NCBI GenBank assembly: GCA_040389905.1 | Contig: JAZJZK010000013.1 | Coordinates: 1 to 64,000, forward strand | DNA length: 64,000 bases | Direction of reading: 5' to 3' | Source of the DNA: Gemmatimonadota bacterium | GTDB lineage: Bacteria > Gemmatimonadota > Gemmatimonadetes > Gemmatimonadales > Gemmatimonadaceae | In this document: positions 40,177 to 49,705 of the stretch, piece by piece | Position numbering within the stretch: the stretch's first letter is position 1 | Layout: every line of letters starts with the position of its first letter | Translations under genes and position numbers: made by a program | The notes under the pieces: model-generated | Database searches by the model: none | Seen by the model: the letters and a program-made list of their open reading frames with translations, nothing else | What the model was told of the DNA's origin: nothing

Positions 40177-40686
40177 ATGCCGCCAGCCGCCCAACCCACT
40201 TGTCCGTTCTGCGACCTCATCCGCGGAGCCGCGGAGGTTTCGATGTGCTACGAGGACGCCGACGTTGTGGCATTCATGGACGTTCAGCCGGTGAACGCCG
40301 GACATGTGCTCGTCGTGCCCCGGGAGCATTTCGAATCCCTCGAGGACATTCCGCATGCGTTGGCGATGCATCTCTTCGAGGTTGCGATGGAACTTGCGCC
40401 GGTCGTGAAGAACGTGGCGAATGCGGACGGGTTGAACGTCGTGGTGAACAGCGGCGCGGCGGCAGGGCAGGACATCTTCCATTATCACGTCCACGTCATT
40501 CCGCGTCGTCCGGATGATGGATTCGAGGTGTCGCTGCCGTTTGCGGGATCGTCGATGCCGGATCGTACAGTGCTCGACATGAACGCAGCGCGGATCATCG
40601 CGGCGTTTCGTGATCCGGTTGCAACGAAGGCGCGGACGGAGCGAAGAGCAGGGGAGCGCCGGGTCGGCGCTGGCGTCGAGGCGTGA
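40177..40686 (+). CDS. HIT family protein
   Basis: CPFC, GHVLVVP, HYHVHVIPR. Confidence 0.92.
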   Translation: MPPAAQPTCPFCDLIRGAAEVSMCYEDADVVAFMDVQPVNAGHVLVVPREHFESLEDIPHALAMHLFEVAMELAPVVKNVANADGLNVVVNSGAAAGQDIFHYHVHVIPRRPDDGFEVSLPFAGSSMPDRTVLDMNAARIIAAFRDPVATKARTERRAGERRVGAGVEA

Positions 40687-40705
40687 GGTCTTAGTGCGCC
40701 GCACA

Positions 40706-41060
40706 TCAGATGTGTCAGGTGCTCAGTGATCAGCCGCGGCTAGCAGATTATCAGTGGGGTGGAGGTCTGCTTGCATCGTCGCCGTAGGCACAGATGCTCA
40801 GGGTGCGCTGTTCCGCTCGTTTTGTCGCCTGCCTGCCCTCGAGGAGCGCAAGCGACGAAGGGAGCGAAGCGAAGGGCCTGCATCTGTTGTCACGCGAGCG
40901 CGGTCGAGGGATCTACACCTGAACTAAGTTCCGCTCGTTTTGTCGTTCCGAACAGAGCGACGGGCCTGCACCCAGGGGCGCACCCGCGCGTACTCGAGGT
41001 GTCTAGACCTCGCGCAGTTGCGCTCGGTTGTCGCCCTGTGCGCACGGAAGGGCCTGGGCC
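40706..41060 (+). repeat. Cluster of a family C half-copy plus about 4 family B REP-like units
   Basis: tcagatgtgtcaggtgctcagtgatcagccgc, then gctcg(t/g)tt..gtcg...gggcctg units near 40814, 40932, 41021 and a degenerate one near 40884. Confidence 0.7.
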
Positions 41061-41294
41061 GTCGGGTGCCACCCACCGCGATGCCGCGCGCAGCACAACT
41101 GCGCTGCGTCGCAAAAGCGCGACTAGGCGTAACGTTCGCAAGAGACTTTATTCGCCGAGTAGCGCGGACACGATCCCGATGGTATCCTGCGTCCGAATCG
41201 TACGCAACGCTCCTGCGCTGCCGGACTAAGACACATTTAAAGAGGAAGGCAGATGAAATACGACGGCACGCAGCGGCCGAGGACGAGCTTACGT

Positions 41295-44234
41295 ATGGGT
41301 GAAATGCGCATCCTCGTGAGTGCGTTAACATTCGGATTTGCGATGAGCTGTGTCGACCTCACCTCCCCGCCAAACGCCGCCATGGTGCCGGGAGTCGCGA
41401 ACACGTCTCGGCTCGATGGCCTAAGTGGGGGAACCCTCGGGTTCTATTTCGTCACGCCGATTCAGGCCAACCAGCCTGTCTATTTCGGCCAGTTCGACCC
41501 GACGCGGTCGCCGACGATCGAGATCTGCAAGTGGGTTAATGGAGCATGTGAGGGCCCGCTCGTGGCCAGCTACTCGGGGTCTGCCATCACTGTTTCCACG
41601 TCGGGTAAATACTATCGCGCCGACTGGCCGGTCATGACGATTCCGAGGGACGCGTTGTACCGGATTCGTGTTCTCGAGAACGGCGTGCAACTCGGATTTA
41701 CCGATGCTCAATGGGTACCGTCGGGTATGACCCCCGCGATGCTCATGGCACAGAGAATCGTTCCCCTTGGGAACGCCTCGTATCTCTCGATTCGATTCCG
41801 CCTCACGATTGAGACACCGGTACCAGCTATCGCGCCGGACACCGTGCCGGTTGGTTACGACAATTTCAGTCGCGCCATAACCGAGACCGCGCGTTGGTAC
41901 GGCGACGTGCTGCCAGATGTGGCGGTGGTCATTTTCAAGCCCAACACTACACAGGTACAGAAGCAGGCGGCCATCGATCGGATGGGCGGCGTCGTTATTG
42001 GCGGGAGGCGAGTCACTGGGCACGATGGTGTCTATCTCATCCGTGTTCCCTCTGATGGTACCACCGGAAACCTGTTCAATATGCTGGACACCCTGAAGAC
42101 TTTGCCTGTGATCAGCGTTGCCATACCGGAGCAACTCTTCACTGAGGCGACCACATACGTACGACCGAACGATGGACCGAGCTTTGCCAAGAATCTGTGG
42201 CGACTCAATCCGGACAGCGCGTTCGGGAGTTCGTCGCGACGCACTTGGGCACTCGAAGCCATCAATGCGCCGATGGCCTGGGGATGCTCGACCGGTGGAA
42301 CGACGAAGATCGAAGTCATCGATATGGGTCATCACAGGGTCGGCGACATTGTCGCCAACGTCGATACCTCGAACAACCTACCTGGCTACGCGTTCAGCCA
42401 TGGAACACGCGTCTCCTCCGTGATTGCCGCGAAAGGAAACAACGCGAGTGGGATGACCGGTGTTATGTGGGATGCCAAGCTGAATCTACAAGACGTGTCA
42501 GTAGATAGCGCGGGCAACTATTCGTTTGTCGGCGGCACGGTAAAGGGCGAGCCGCGCATGAACGGGAGCACGATGCTAAAGACGCTCTTCGACATCGGGA
42601 CTACCGGTGCGCGAGTCGTGAACATCTCGCTCGGACAGAGAGGAGTTCACGCTGGCCCGCCGAGTGCGGGGGCGAACAAGGCCCGAGCTGACTATGGCCA
42701 CGCCGCGGCAGAGGCGGTATCGAGTGTGCCCACTGCGAGCCACCCCCTGTGGGTCATATCCGCGGGAAACATGTACAATGCAAGCAATGCTGGTTGGGCT
42801 CCGACCACGGGAATCGCCGATAGCTTGCCCTTCGAATCCCTGCTCGTCACTGGCGCGAGCTTCAATTCCGGAGCACTTCTTACGGAGGCAACAGGGACCG
42901 GCAACATCGACGTTGCTGCACCTGGAGAAGACGTCGCCGTCGACGACGCGAACGGCATCACCGCGCAGAGTGGCTCGAGCTTTGGAACCGCAATGGTCAG
43001 CGGAACGGCCGGACTTCTGTTCTCGTGGGATTCCACGCTGACCGCAACACAGGCTCAACTGTATATCCTCGCGGGGGCCCAAGCCGGAGGAAGAACAGCG
43101 GGTGGCTATCCCTTGCTCGACGCCTACCAGGCGTTACGAAGCGCGGCACGACATTCCGGTAGGCCCCTTTGTGGAAACCGGGTGTACAACAGCGGCAACA
43201 AGATCGTCGTCGATCGCGGAACCGTGAGAGACACGATAGGTCCGGCGCCGGAAGGATTCCGTGGAATCAACGTGAAGCACGGTGGGCATCGGATCGAAGT
43301 GTATGCCCGACCGACCAGCGTCGCCTTCACGTTCGCCAATGGACAATGGACGTCGTCGACCACCGCCTTCTTTCCTCCCACCGCGCCCAACGACGGTGGA
43401 GCGTACAATGGTGTTGAACAACTGATGCACGACGGCGACACGCTCGTGATGCCGCGCTACTTCCGCGACACAACCAAACTCTTCGTCATGGATACGATCA
43501 GCTATTCGGAGACGAAGATCGGAAGCAACTACATTCACACCCCGATGCCGACCACTGCCATGGTGGGCAGCTGCGACTACGAGCGTCTCAACGGCACCTC
43601 TGGTCAATGGGAGTGCATTCACAGCCAATACTACCACGGCGAAGAACAGACGCGTCTGATCAGCGTTGACGCCGTCGCATCCGCACAACGATCGAGCTTC
43701 GTCGCATTTGCGTACTTCACGACGAAGGATACCGGCGCCGTGCCCGCGATGTCGGATTGTGAAGTACCGGGGCCGCTCCCGGAAACTGGGCACTGTAGAG
43801 AGCGACGCTTCTATCTCTTCACGCACGATTCTCTACAGCTTTACGACATCAGTTTGAATACTGGAGCGCTACACTATCTCGGAAGCCTGGTCGGAGCCCG
43901 TGCAAACCAGATGGTGGTTTCGGAAGACGGCTCCGAGCTGGTGCTCGGATACGAGAAGCTGCCGGCCGGTATTCCGTCTTCAGAGATTACAACGGGAAGC
44001 GGCGCGATCGAGGTTTCGCGGCCCCCTGCGGCTATTACGTGCGTCGTCGCGTCAATCCCGATCACAAGGTCGGCCGGAGCAATCTCACTTGGCGTTTGGA
44101 CGGAGCTTTCCCGGACATCGGCGCTTGATCGATGCATCATCGCTGGGGCAGCTATGGGCCCGCCAACATTTGCGCCGCGGCGAACGCCGGTCGCTCCCGG
44201 GCTCAAGCCACGCGTTTTTCCACGCCAACACTGA
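41295..44234 (+). CDS. S8 (subtilisin-like) serine peptidase lipoprotein with extra N- and C-terminal domains
   Basis: Lipobox FAMSC; VIDMG (Asp), SHGTRV (His), SAGN (oxyanion), IDVAAPG, SGSSFGTAMVSG (Ser); start uncertain (41253/41295/41304). Confidence 0.8.
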   Translation: MGEMRILVSALTFGFAMSCVDLTSPPNAAMVPGVANTSRLDGLSGGTLGFYFVTPIQANQPVYFGQFDPTRSPTIEICKWVNGACEGPLVASYSGSAITVSTSGKYYRADWPVMTIPRDALYRIRVLENGVQLGFTDAQWVPSGMTPAMLMAQRIVPLGNASYLSIRFRLTIETPVPAIAPDTVPVGYDNFSRAITETARWYGDVLPDVAVVIFKPNTTQVQKQAAIDRMGGVVIGGRRVTGHDGVYLIRVPSDGTTGNLFNMLDTLKTLPVISVAIPEQLFTEATTYVRPNDGPSFAKNLWRLNPDSAFGSSSRRTWALEAINAPMAWGCSTGGTTKIEVIDMGHHRVGDIVANVDTSNNLPGYAFSHGTRVSSVIAAKGNNASGMTGVMWDAKLNLQDVSVDSAGNYSFVGGTVKGEPRMNGSTMLKTLFDIGTTGARVVNISLGQRGVHAGPPSAGANKARADYGHAAAEAVSSVPTASHPLWVISAGNMYNASNAGWAPTTGIADSLPFESLLVTGASFNSGALLTEATGTGNIDVAAPGEDVAVDDANGITAQSGSSFGTAMVSGTAGLLFSWDSTLTATQAQLYILAGAQAGGRTAGGYPLLDAYQALRSAARHSGRPLCGNRVYNSGNKIVVDRGTVRDTIGPAPEGFRGINVKHGGHRIEVYARPTSVAFTFANGQWTSSTTAFFPPTAPNDGGAYNGVEQLMHDGDTLVMPRYFRDTTKLFVMDTISYSETKIGSNYIHTPMPTTAMVGSCDYERLNGTSGQWECIHSQYYHGEEQTRLISVDAVASAQRSSFVAFAYFTTKDTGAVPAMSDCEVPGPLPETGHCRERRFYLFTHDSLQLYDISLNTGALHYLGSLVGARANQMVVSEDGSELVLGYEKLPAGIPSSEITTGSGAIEVSRPPAAITCVVASIPITRSAGAISLGVWTELSRTSALDRCIIAGAAMGPPTFAPRRTPVAPGLKPRVFPRQH

Positions 44235-44245
44235 GCAAATCAACC

Positions 44246-44743
44246 ATGTCCGAAATCCGTCGAGCCAGAATCATTCCAGAACTGAGTTGGAGTGTGCGAA
44301 CTGCCTGTCTATCTCTCCTTGCGATCTCGGTACCATTGCTCGCCCAGAGCACACCTCGTATCTGCGACGCGCACGGGACGGCGGTCGGGACCGCGGCAGC
44401 GGTTGCCTCATATGACACGGTGCCTCCTGAAACTGCGACGCCAACCTCGATTCGAGGGCAGGTGGTCAATACCGAAGGACGTCCGGTGAACATGATTTTG
44501 ATGCTGTTCAACAACATCAGAGACACCCTTCCGATTCGTACAGTTCGAACGAACGCGGCGGGCGACTTTTCAATTGACAACGTGCCGTCTTCTCGACGAT
44601 ACGTCCTTCGAACGCGGGAAGCCAGATTCCTGACGCAATGGTATGAACTTCAGCTTTTGCAAGGTAAGATTGACTCGATCTGCGTGCGCGTTCGGTTCAG
44701 GCCGTCAGAACAGCTGCCTGCCACTGGAGCGCGCCCAGGCTAG
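44246..44743 (+). CDS. Secreted protein with a carboxypeptidase-regulatory-like beta-sandwich
   Basis: Signal-like segment; SIRGQVVNTEGRPV...TNAAGDFSIDNVP motif. Confidence 0.7.
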   Translation: MSEIRRARIIPELSWSVRTACLSLLAISVPLLAQSTPRICDAHGTAVGTAAAVASYDTVPPETATPTSIRGQVVNTEGRPVNMILMLFNNIRDTLPIRTVRTNAAGDFSIDNVPSSRRYVLRTREARFLTQWYELQLLQGKIDSICVRVRFRPSEQLPATGARPG

Positions 44744-45023
44744 ATGTCGGCGTTTCAAGGTAACCGCATCTGAAAATCGAACTCAAATTTCCTCTTGCGC
44801 AATCCGCGTTTTTCCCACACTAATACCGCACGACCCGCCCAGACTCGCAGCGGAGGCCAGTGACGTTTACTGCCCGACACCGGATGGACGATGCAGGCGC
44901 GTTGCGACCCCACGGGTTGCGACGCCTCGTCAGCCTCTCCGCTGCGACCCAGACCACGATGTGCGACGCCCCGCGTCAGGAACTCCTTCCTGAGCGGGGC
45001 GTCGTCTTTTCTAGCGAGGTGCA

Positions 45024-45437
45024 ATGCCCGCTCGACACGGTCACCGCGTCCCTCTCTCCCGTTCAACCCGCACCGTCACCCGCCGCGTTCGACGCGTGGC
45101 TCCCGCAGAGCAGAAGCGCGCGATCAAGCTCGCGGCCATGCGCGATTGTGGGCGCCGCTGCGTCTACTGCGCCGCGCCGCTGGAGTATGCGCGCGCAACA
45201 TTAGACCACGTCTATCCGCTTGCCAAAGGGGGCGCCAACGCGCCCGGCAACGTCGTCGCCGCATGCCCGTCCTGTAATCGGCTCAAGGCCGACATGCTCC
45301 CCGTCGAGTTCTTCATGCGCTATCCCTGGGCGGGAAGCAACTTCATTCACCATGCCCGTGCCGTACACCGCGCGCTCAAGCGCATGGCCCGGCGAGCGGT
45401 GAGTCTGGCGTTTGCCGGGGTCCCTGCCGCAGCTTAG
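45024..45437 (+). CDS. Small HNH endonuclease
   Basis: RCVYC....ATLDHVYP..KGG....NVVAACPSCNRLK. Confidence 0.85.
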   Translation: MPARHGHRVPLSRSTRTVTRRVRRVAPAEQKRAIKLAAMRDCGRRCVYCAAPLEYARATLDHVYPLAKGGANAPGNVVAACPSCNRLKADMLPVEFFMRYPWAGSNFIHHARAVHRALKRMARRAVSLAFAGVPAAA

Positions 45438-45440
45438 CGC

Positions 45441-45827
45441 ATGCGACAGAACATCTCATCAGGAACAACGTGGGAGCCCATCGTCGGCTACTCGCGTGCG
45501 GTGCGCGTCGGCAACGTCGTGCACGTCTCGGGAACCACGGCGACCAACGCTGACGGACAACTCGTTGGCGTTGGAGACCCGGGCGCGCAGACGAGGCAGG
45601 CGATCGAGAACATCCGGAGCGCGCTCGAAAAGGCGGGCGCGCGTCTCGATCACGTGGTTCGGACGAGAATGTACGTCACCGACATCAGCCGCTGGGAGGA
45701 TATCGGCCGCGTGCATGGCGAGTACTTCAGTGACATCAGGCCCGCGACATCGATGGTCGAAGTCCGCAACCTCATCGATCCCGACATGCTCGTCGAGATC
45801 GAAGCGGAGGCAGTGATTACGGATTGA
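45441..45827 (+). CDS. RidA/YjgF family protein
   Basis: [28 protein letters not shown]. Confidence 0.92.
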   Translation: MRQNISSGTTWEPIVGYSRAVRVGNVVHVSGTTATNADGQLVGVGDPGAQTRQAIENIRSALEKAGARLDHVVRTRMYVTDISRWEDIGRVHGEYFSDIRPATSMVEVRNLIDPDMLVEIEAEAVITD

Positions 45828-46311
45828 TCGGGAAGGGCGCGTTCCGGATCACTTGCGAGGGTGTCTTCCAGCCACCGGCCGGTTCTCGCTGTGTGGAAGG
45901 GCGCGGTGCAGACGGACGTCCAGCGGCAGCAGGAGCCGGTTCAGGAACCGGATCCATCCGTGGCGCCTCGACTGGGGCGACTTCCTCCTCGACGCGCGTC
46001 ACCGTTGGCGCCGGAGCGGGCGTCTCATGCTTCACACTCGCCACAGCTGCAGCCCGTCCATGTACCGCACTCGGCGCACGCGACTTGGCTGGCGCCTTCG
46101 GCGACGGCGTCGGGCTCTTCAACCGCTCGCTTGCGGATACGATATCCACTCGCGGCGATGAGATGCTGGCGAGCTGAACGTCACCCGCGCCAATCTTGGC
46201 CAAGTCCTGCTTCAGGTCGTCAGCCAGGACTGGCTTGTCGGTCGAATTCGAGCACGCCGCAATCGTGACGAGCGCGAGCGTGCCGACGGAGAATCGCAGT
46301 GAGTTTCGCAT
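45817..46311 (-). CDS. Hypothetical Pro/Ala-rich lipoprotein
   Basis: Lipobox IAAC; low-complexity body. Confidence 0.7.
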   Translation of the reverse strand: MRNSLRFSVGTLALVTIAACSNSTDKPVLADDLKQDLAKIGAGDVQLASISSPRVDIVSASERLKSPTPSPKAPAKSRAPSAVHGRAAAVASVKHETPAPAPTVTRVEEEVAPVEAPRMDPVPEPAPAAAGRPSAPRPSTQREPAGGWKTPSQVIRNAPFPINP

Positions 46312-46344
46312 GGAGTAGCATACCCCAACGCGACAAAAAGGGTC

Positions 46345-47064
46345 TCACCGGTTCGAGTGCCAGACGCGCTTTCCCTGAGCGATCTCGTCCATGGCGCGCT
46401 TGGTCGTCACCGACGTCGTCTCTTCAGCAGTGATATCGCGCGATGCGTCGGCAAAATCATCGTTGTGCTTGATGAGGAGCCACTGCGGCCTGCCCGGTCG
46501 CTTCATCCGCACGAGGACGAACGACCCTTTGAGCCGCTGGCCATTGAGCACGATCTTGAGGTCGCCGCGCTTGTATCCCTCGCGCAGCGACTCCGCACCG
46601 CCACCATCCTCGGCGTCGTAGTTCCCGCGGTCCCACAGCATCACCGTGCCGCCGCCATACTCGCCCTGCGGAATCGTCCCTTCGAAGCTGTTGTATTCGA
46701 TGGGGTGATCCTCGACTTCCATCGCGAGTCGCTTCACGGAGGGATCGAGGCTTGGTCCCTTCGGTACGGCCCACGACTTCATCACGCCGTCGAGCTCGAG
46801 GCGGAAGTCGAAGTGCAGGTGACTCGCTGCGTGTTTCTGTATGACGAAGTGGAGGACCTTCGCGCGCTTGGTGGGCGCCTTGCCCGCTGGCTCTTTCGTA
46901 CGCGTGAAATCACGTTTGCGCTTGTACTCGGCGAGCGGCTTGTCCTTCTTCGCCGCGACCTTCTTCACGGTCTTTTTCACGGCCTTTTTCACGGCCTTTT
47001 TCACGGCCTTTTTCACGGCCTTTTTCACGACCTTCTTCGCTACTCGCTTCTTCGTCGTCGGCAT
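46345..47064 (-). CDS. Stand-alone LigD 3'-phosphoesterase domain protein with a Lys-rich N-terminal tail
   Basis: YKRKRDF..TKEP, FVIQKHAASHLHFDFRLE, SWAVPKGPS, KRLA, EDHP, YGGG.V.LWD. Confidence 0.88.
   Translation of the reverse strand: MPTTKKRVAKKVVKKAVKKAVKKAVKKAVKKTVKKVAAKKDKPLAEYKRKRDFTRTKEPAGKAPTKRAKVLHFVIQKHAASHLHFDFRLELDGVMKSWAVPKGPSLDPSVKRLAMEVEDHPIEYNSFEGTIPQGEYGGGTVMLWDRGNYDAEDGGGAESLREGYKRGDLKIVLNGQRLKGSFVLVRMKRPGRPQWLLIKHNDDFADASRDITAEETTSVTTKRAMDEIAQGKRVWHSNR
46969..47040. repeat. 12-bp tandem repeat (VNTR) encoding AVKK
   Basis: Four perfect ggcctttttcac copies at 46981-47028 with degenerate flanking copies. Confidence 0.9.
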
Positions 47065-47099
47065 GCCCGCAGTTTTTTGCGAAGACCGTGCCGTCGAAT

Positions 47100-48938
47100 T
47101 CAGTAGTCGACTGGCCGCAGATAGCTCTCCCCGATCATCGACGAACTGAGCATCGCCACCGTCGGTAGACGCCGCTTCCAATGCGTGCTCGATAGCCGCT
47201 TCCTCACAAGCGCCACCTCCGCCGCATCGAAGCCACGCGCCACGAGATCCCCCTCGCTGTAGCCATTCAACATCCAGTTCAGTAACTCGTCCGCTTTCGC
47301 ATAACTGATCCCGAAGTCGCCTTCGTCCGTTTGCCCGACGACGAGATCTGCCGACGGCGCCTTCCCGACGATTACCTCGGGAACGCCAAGGTGCCGAGCC
47401 AGCGCCCACACCTGCGTCTTGAAGAGATCGCCGAGTGGGTTGATCGGTGGCGAGTCGTCGGCGTGCCAGGTGAAGTAGCCGAACAGCCGCTCCGTCTTGT
47501 TCCCAGTGCCTAGCGGAATCGCATGATACTTCGCAGACAGGTCGAAGAGCGCAATCATCCTCGTGCGCGCCATGACGTTCCCTCGACGCGAGCCATCCGC
47601 GTCCGTCTCGTTCGCGAGGTATCCGTCAACCGCGCCAGTGATGTCGAGCGTACGCCCCTCGATACCGAGCGCGTCGATGACGAGTTGTCCGTGCTCCAGA
47701 CTCTCCGGACTCGACGACCGGTACGGCATCCGCACACCAATAACATTCTCGGCGCCGAGTGCGCGCGCGGCGAGATACGCGGTAACGGCTGAATCCACGC
47801 CGCCTGACACGCCGACGACGGCGCGCGTAAACCGACGCCGTTTCATTTCGTCCTGCAGGAACTTCACGAGCCACGATTCCACGAGCGCGCCGTCGATCTC
47901 GAGCGTCGGCGGCCCGCCCCCGGCGTCGTTGTTGACGACGATCACGCTCGTCGCGGGCGCTGCCCCCGCCGCGGCCCTCGCCCATGCCCCGAGTTCCCTC
48001 TCCCCAGTCGACGCAATCTGTTCGATACCATCGAACGTGAGCTGGTGCGGCGTTCCCGCGTCCACCTTCGCCATCGTATCGCGCAGGTGCGGAAGCATCG
48101 TTTCGAGATCGGCGATCAGTGGCATGTCGGCACGCGCCCGCGTCACGTCGTCGAGATCGATGCGCGCGATGACGAGCGCTTCCTCCCACAGCGGTCCGCG
48201 CGTGCGCAGCTCGCCCTTCGGGCCAGCGAGCATGGCCGTTCCGGGAAACTGCTTGCCTCCCTCGCTTCCGACGAGATTCACAAGGGCGACATAAACTCCG
48301 TGCTCATCGGCCATGTCGCGCGCGAGACGCTCCCACCGTGACACACTCGCGGGGCCTGGAACGTCATCCGGTTTCGGCCACGCGCCGCGCGCCGGTGGCG
48401 CCGTTGGTACCAGAAGTATCTGGGCGCCGTCGAGCGCCGCAATCGTGCCGGTCAGCGAATGCCACACATCTTCGCAGACCAGCATCGCCACGCGCCCGAA
48501 CCTCGTGTCGAACGCACGGATCTCTCGGCCGCGCTCGACGAAGCGCTCTTCGTCGAACATCCCATATGTCGGCAGGAACACCTTGCGGTGCACATGCCGC
48601 ACGAGCGGGATCGTTTCGCCAAGTGAGACGTACAGGGCGCTGTTATAGAGCTTGTTGTGCCACACCTCATAGAAGCCGACGCAGACGTCCACCGGCGGTC
48701 CGTCGCCATACGTCCGATGCAGATCAGCGGCGAGCGTACCAGCCGTCACCGCATGCTCGCGGACCCCTCCTTCGAGGAAGTATCCGCTCAGCGCAGACTC
48801 GGGAAAACACACGACATCCGGGCGCGGTTCGAGCGCAGCCGACTGTGCGAGAAACTCACCGATGCGCGCAAGGTTGCCAGCGTAGTCGCCCTTGCGCGGC
48901 TGGAACTGAGCGAGTGCGAGTGTGACGAAGTGGGACAT
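47100..48938 (-). CDS. nadE: Glutamine-dependent NAD+ synthetase
   Basis: Nitrilase-fold triad (FPE, HRK, VCED) plus GVSGGVDS, GNVMARTR, GTGNKTE. Confidence 0.92.
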   Translation of the reverse strand: MSHFVTLALAQFQPRKGDYAGNLARIGEFLAQSAALEPRPDVVCFPESALSGYFLEGGVREHAVTAGTLAADLHRTYGDGPPVDVCVGFYEVWHNKLYNSALYVSLGETIPLVRHVHRKVFLPTYGMFDEERFVERGREIRAFDTRFGRVAMLVCEDVWHSLTGTIAALDGAQILLVPTAPPARGAWPKPDDVPGPASVSRWERLARDMADEHGVYVALVNLVGSEGGKQFPGTAMLAGPKGELRTRGPLWEEALVIARIDLDDVTRARADMPLIADLETMLPHLRDTMAKVDAGTPHQLTFDGIEQIASTGERELGAWARAAAGAAPATSVIVVNNDAGGGPPTLEIDGALVESWLVKFLQDEMKRRRFTRAVVGVSGGVDSAVTAYLAARALGAENVIGVRMPYRSSSPESLEHGQLVIDALGIEGRTLDITGAVDGYLANETDADGSRRGNVMARTRMIALFDLSAKYHAIPLGTGNKTERLFGYFTWHADDSPPINPLGDLFKTQVWALARHLGVPEVIVGKAPSADLVVGQTDEGDFGISYAKADELLNWMLNGYSEGDLVARGFDAAEVALVRKRLSSTHWKRRLPTVAMLSSSMIGESYLRPVDY

Positions 48939-49000
48939 TCAATGAAGAATGACCGCCGACTCGGAGCGAGACAAGGCGCGGTGCCTCTCGCCGCACCTCC

Positions 49001-49040
49001 GCCCGTTTTGTCGCCCGGAGTGAAACGAAGGGCCCGCACC
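49001..49040 (+). repeat. REP-like repeat, family B
   Basis: gcccgttttgtcgcccggagtgaaacgaagggcccgcacc matches the 18735/40814 pattern. Confidence 0.6.
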
Positions 49041-49262
49041 GCATGCTGTTCCCACATCACAAATGTGGTGTGGATAAGCTGTCAAGAGCAAAATGCAGCG
49101 AGCCAGGCGCCGCGCAACTCGTTACACCACATTCGATTATGCGACAGATGCCTCGCAGCGCGCGTCCACCTGGAAAACGCTCCTACTCGAGAGTGAGAAA
49201 ACAACCCTTTAGTAGGGGGACCAAAGTTGAACCTTCGACCGCAGCCTCCCAGACGTCCTTCA

Positions 49263-49598
49263 CACCAGTCCAATCACAATCCGCACCCGTCCAGCGACCA
49301 CTCACACTCGTTCGACCTCCAAACACGCTCCATCAGCACGCAACCCCAACGCATCAACCCGCACGCCCCAGCCTTCACGGCACCCTTCACACCTGCCATC
49401 ACCCGATCCGCGCCAGAACTGCCCGATATCACACCAATCCAGCGCCCAGCACACACCAGTCCAACTGGCACTCACACCCAATCAGCCGCCATCCGCAGCC
49501 ATTACGACTCCACTCTCACCGCAACTGACTCGATGAACAGCGCATCAACGACCAAGCACACGTCGCGAAACACGCGTCACATCAAAACAGACGTCCAC
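49263..49598 (+). repeat. Degenerate 21-nt-period, C/A-rich G-poor array (about 16 units)
   Basis: Units such as caccagtccaatcacaatccg / cacccgtccagcgaccactca / cactcgttcgacctccaaaca; caccagtccaa and cgcatcaac each recur at offset 191. Confidence 0.6.
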
Positions 49599-49705
49599 TT
49601 CGCGGTAATAGCCACCAGTGACACCCAACCAGGTCGACGTGACGGACGCGCACGCCGATTCCCACGCAATCCCGCGCCCACCACCATTTCCAAAGGCTAC
49701 CCATC

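Noticed and set aside
40706..41060. Possible CRISPR array
   Set aside because: Units are degenerate and irregularly spaced, and there are no cas genes
45024..45437. IscB/HEARO-type RNA-guided nuclease
   Set aside because: Only 137 aa with no RuvC motifs or PLMP-like N-terminus; treated as a plain HNH
48940..49260. Replication origin
   Set aside because: Only one DnaA box, no clear unwinding element and no dnaA/dnaN nearby
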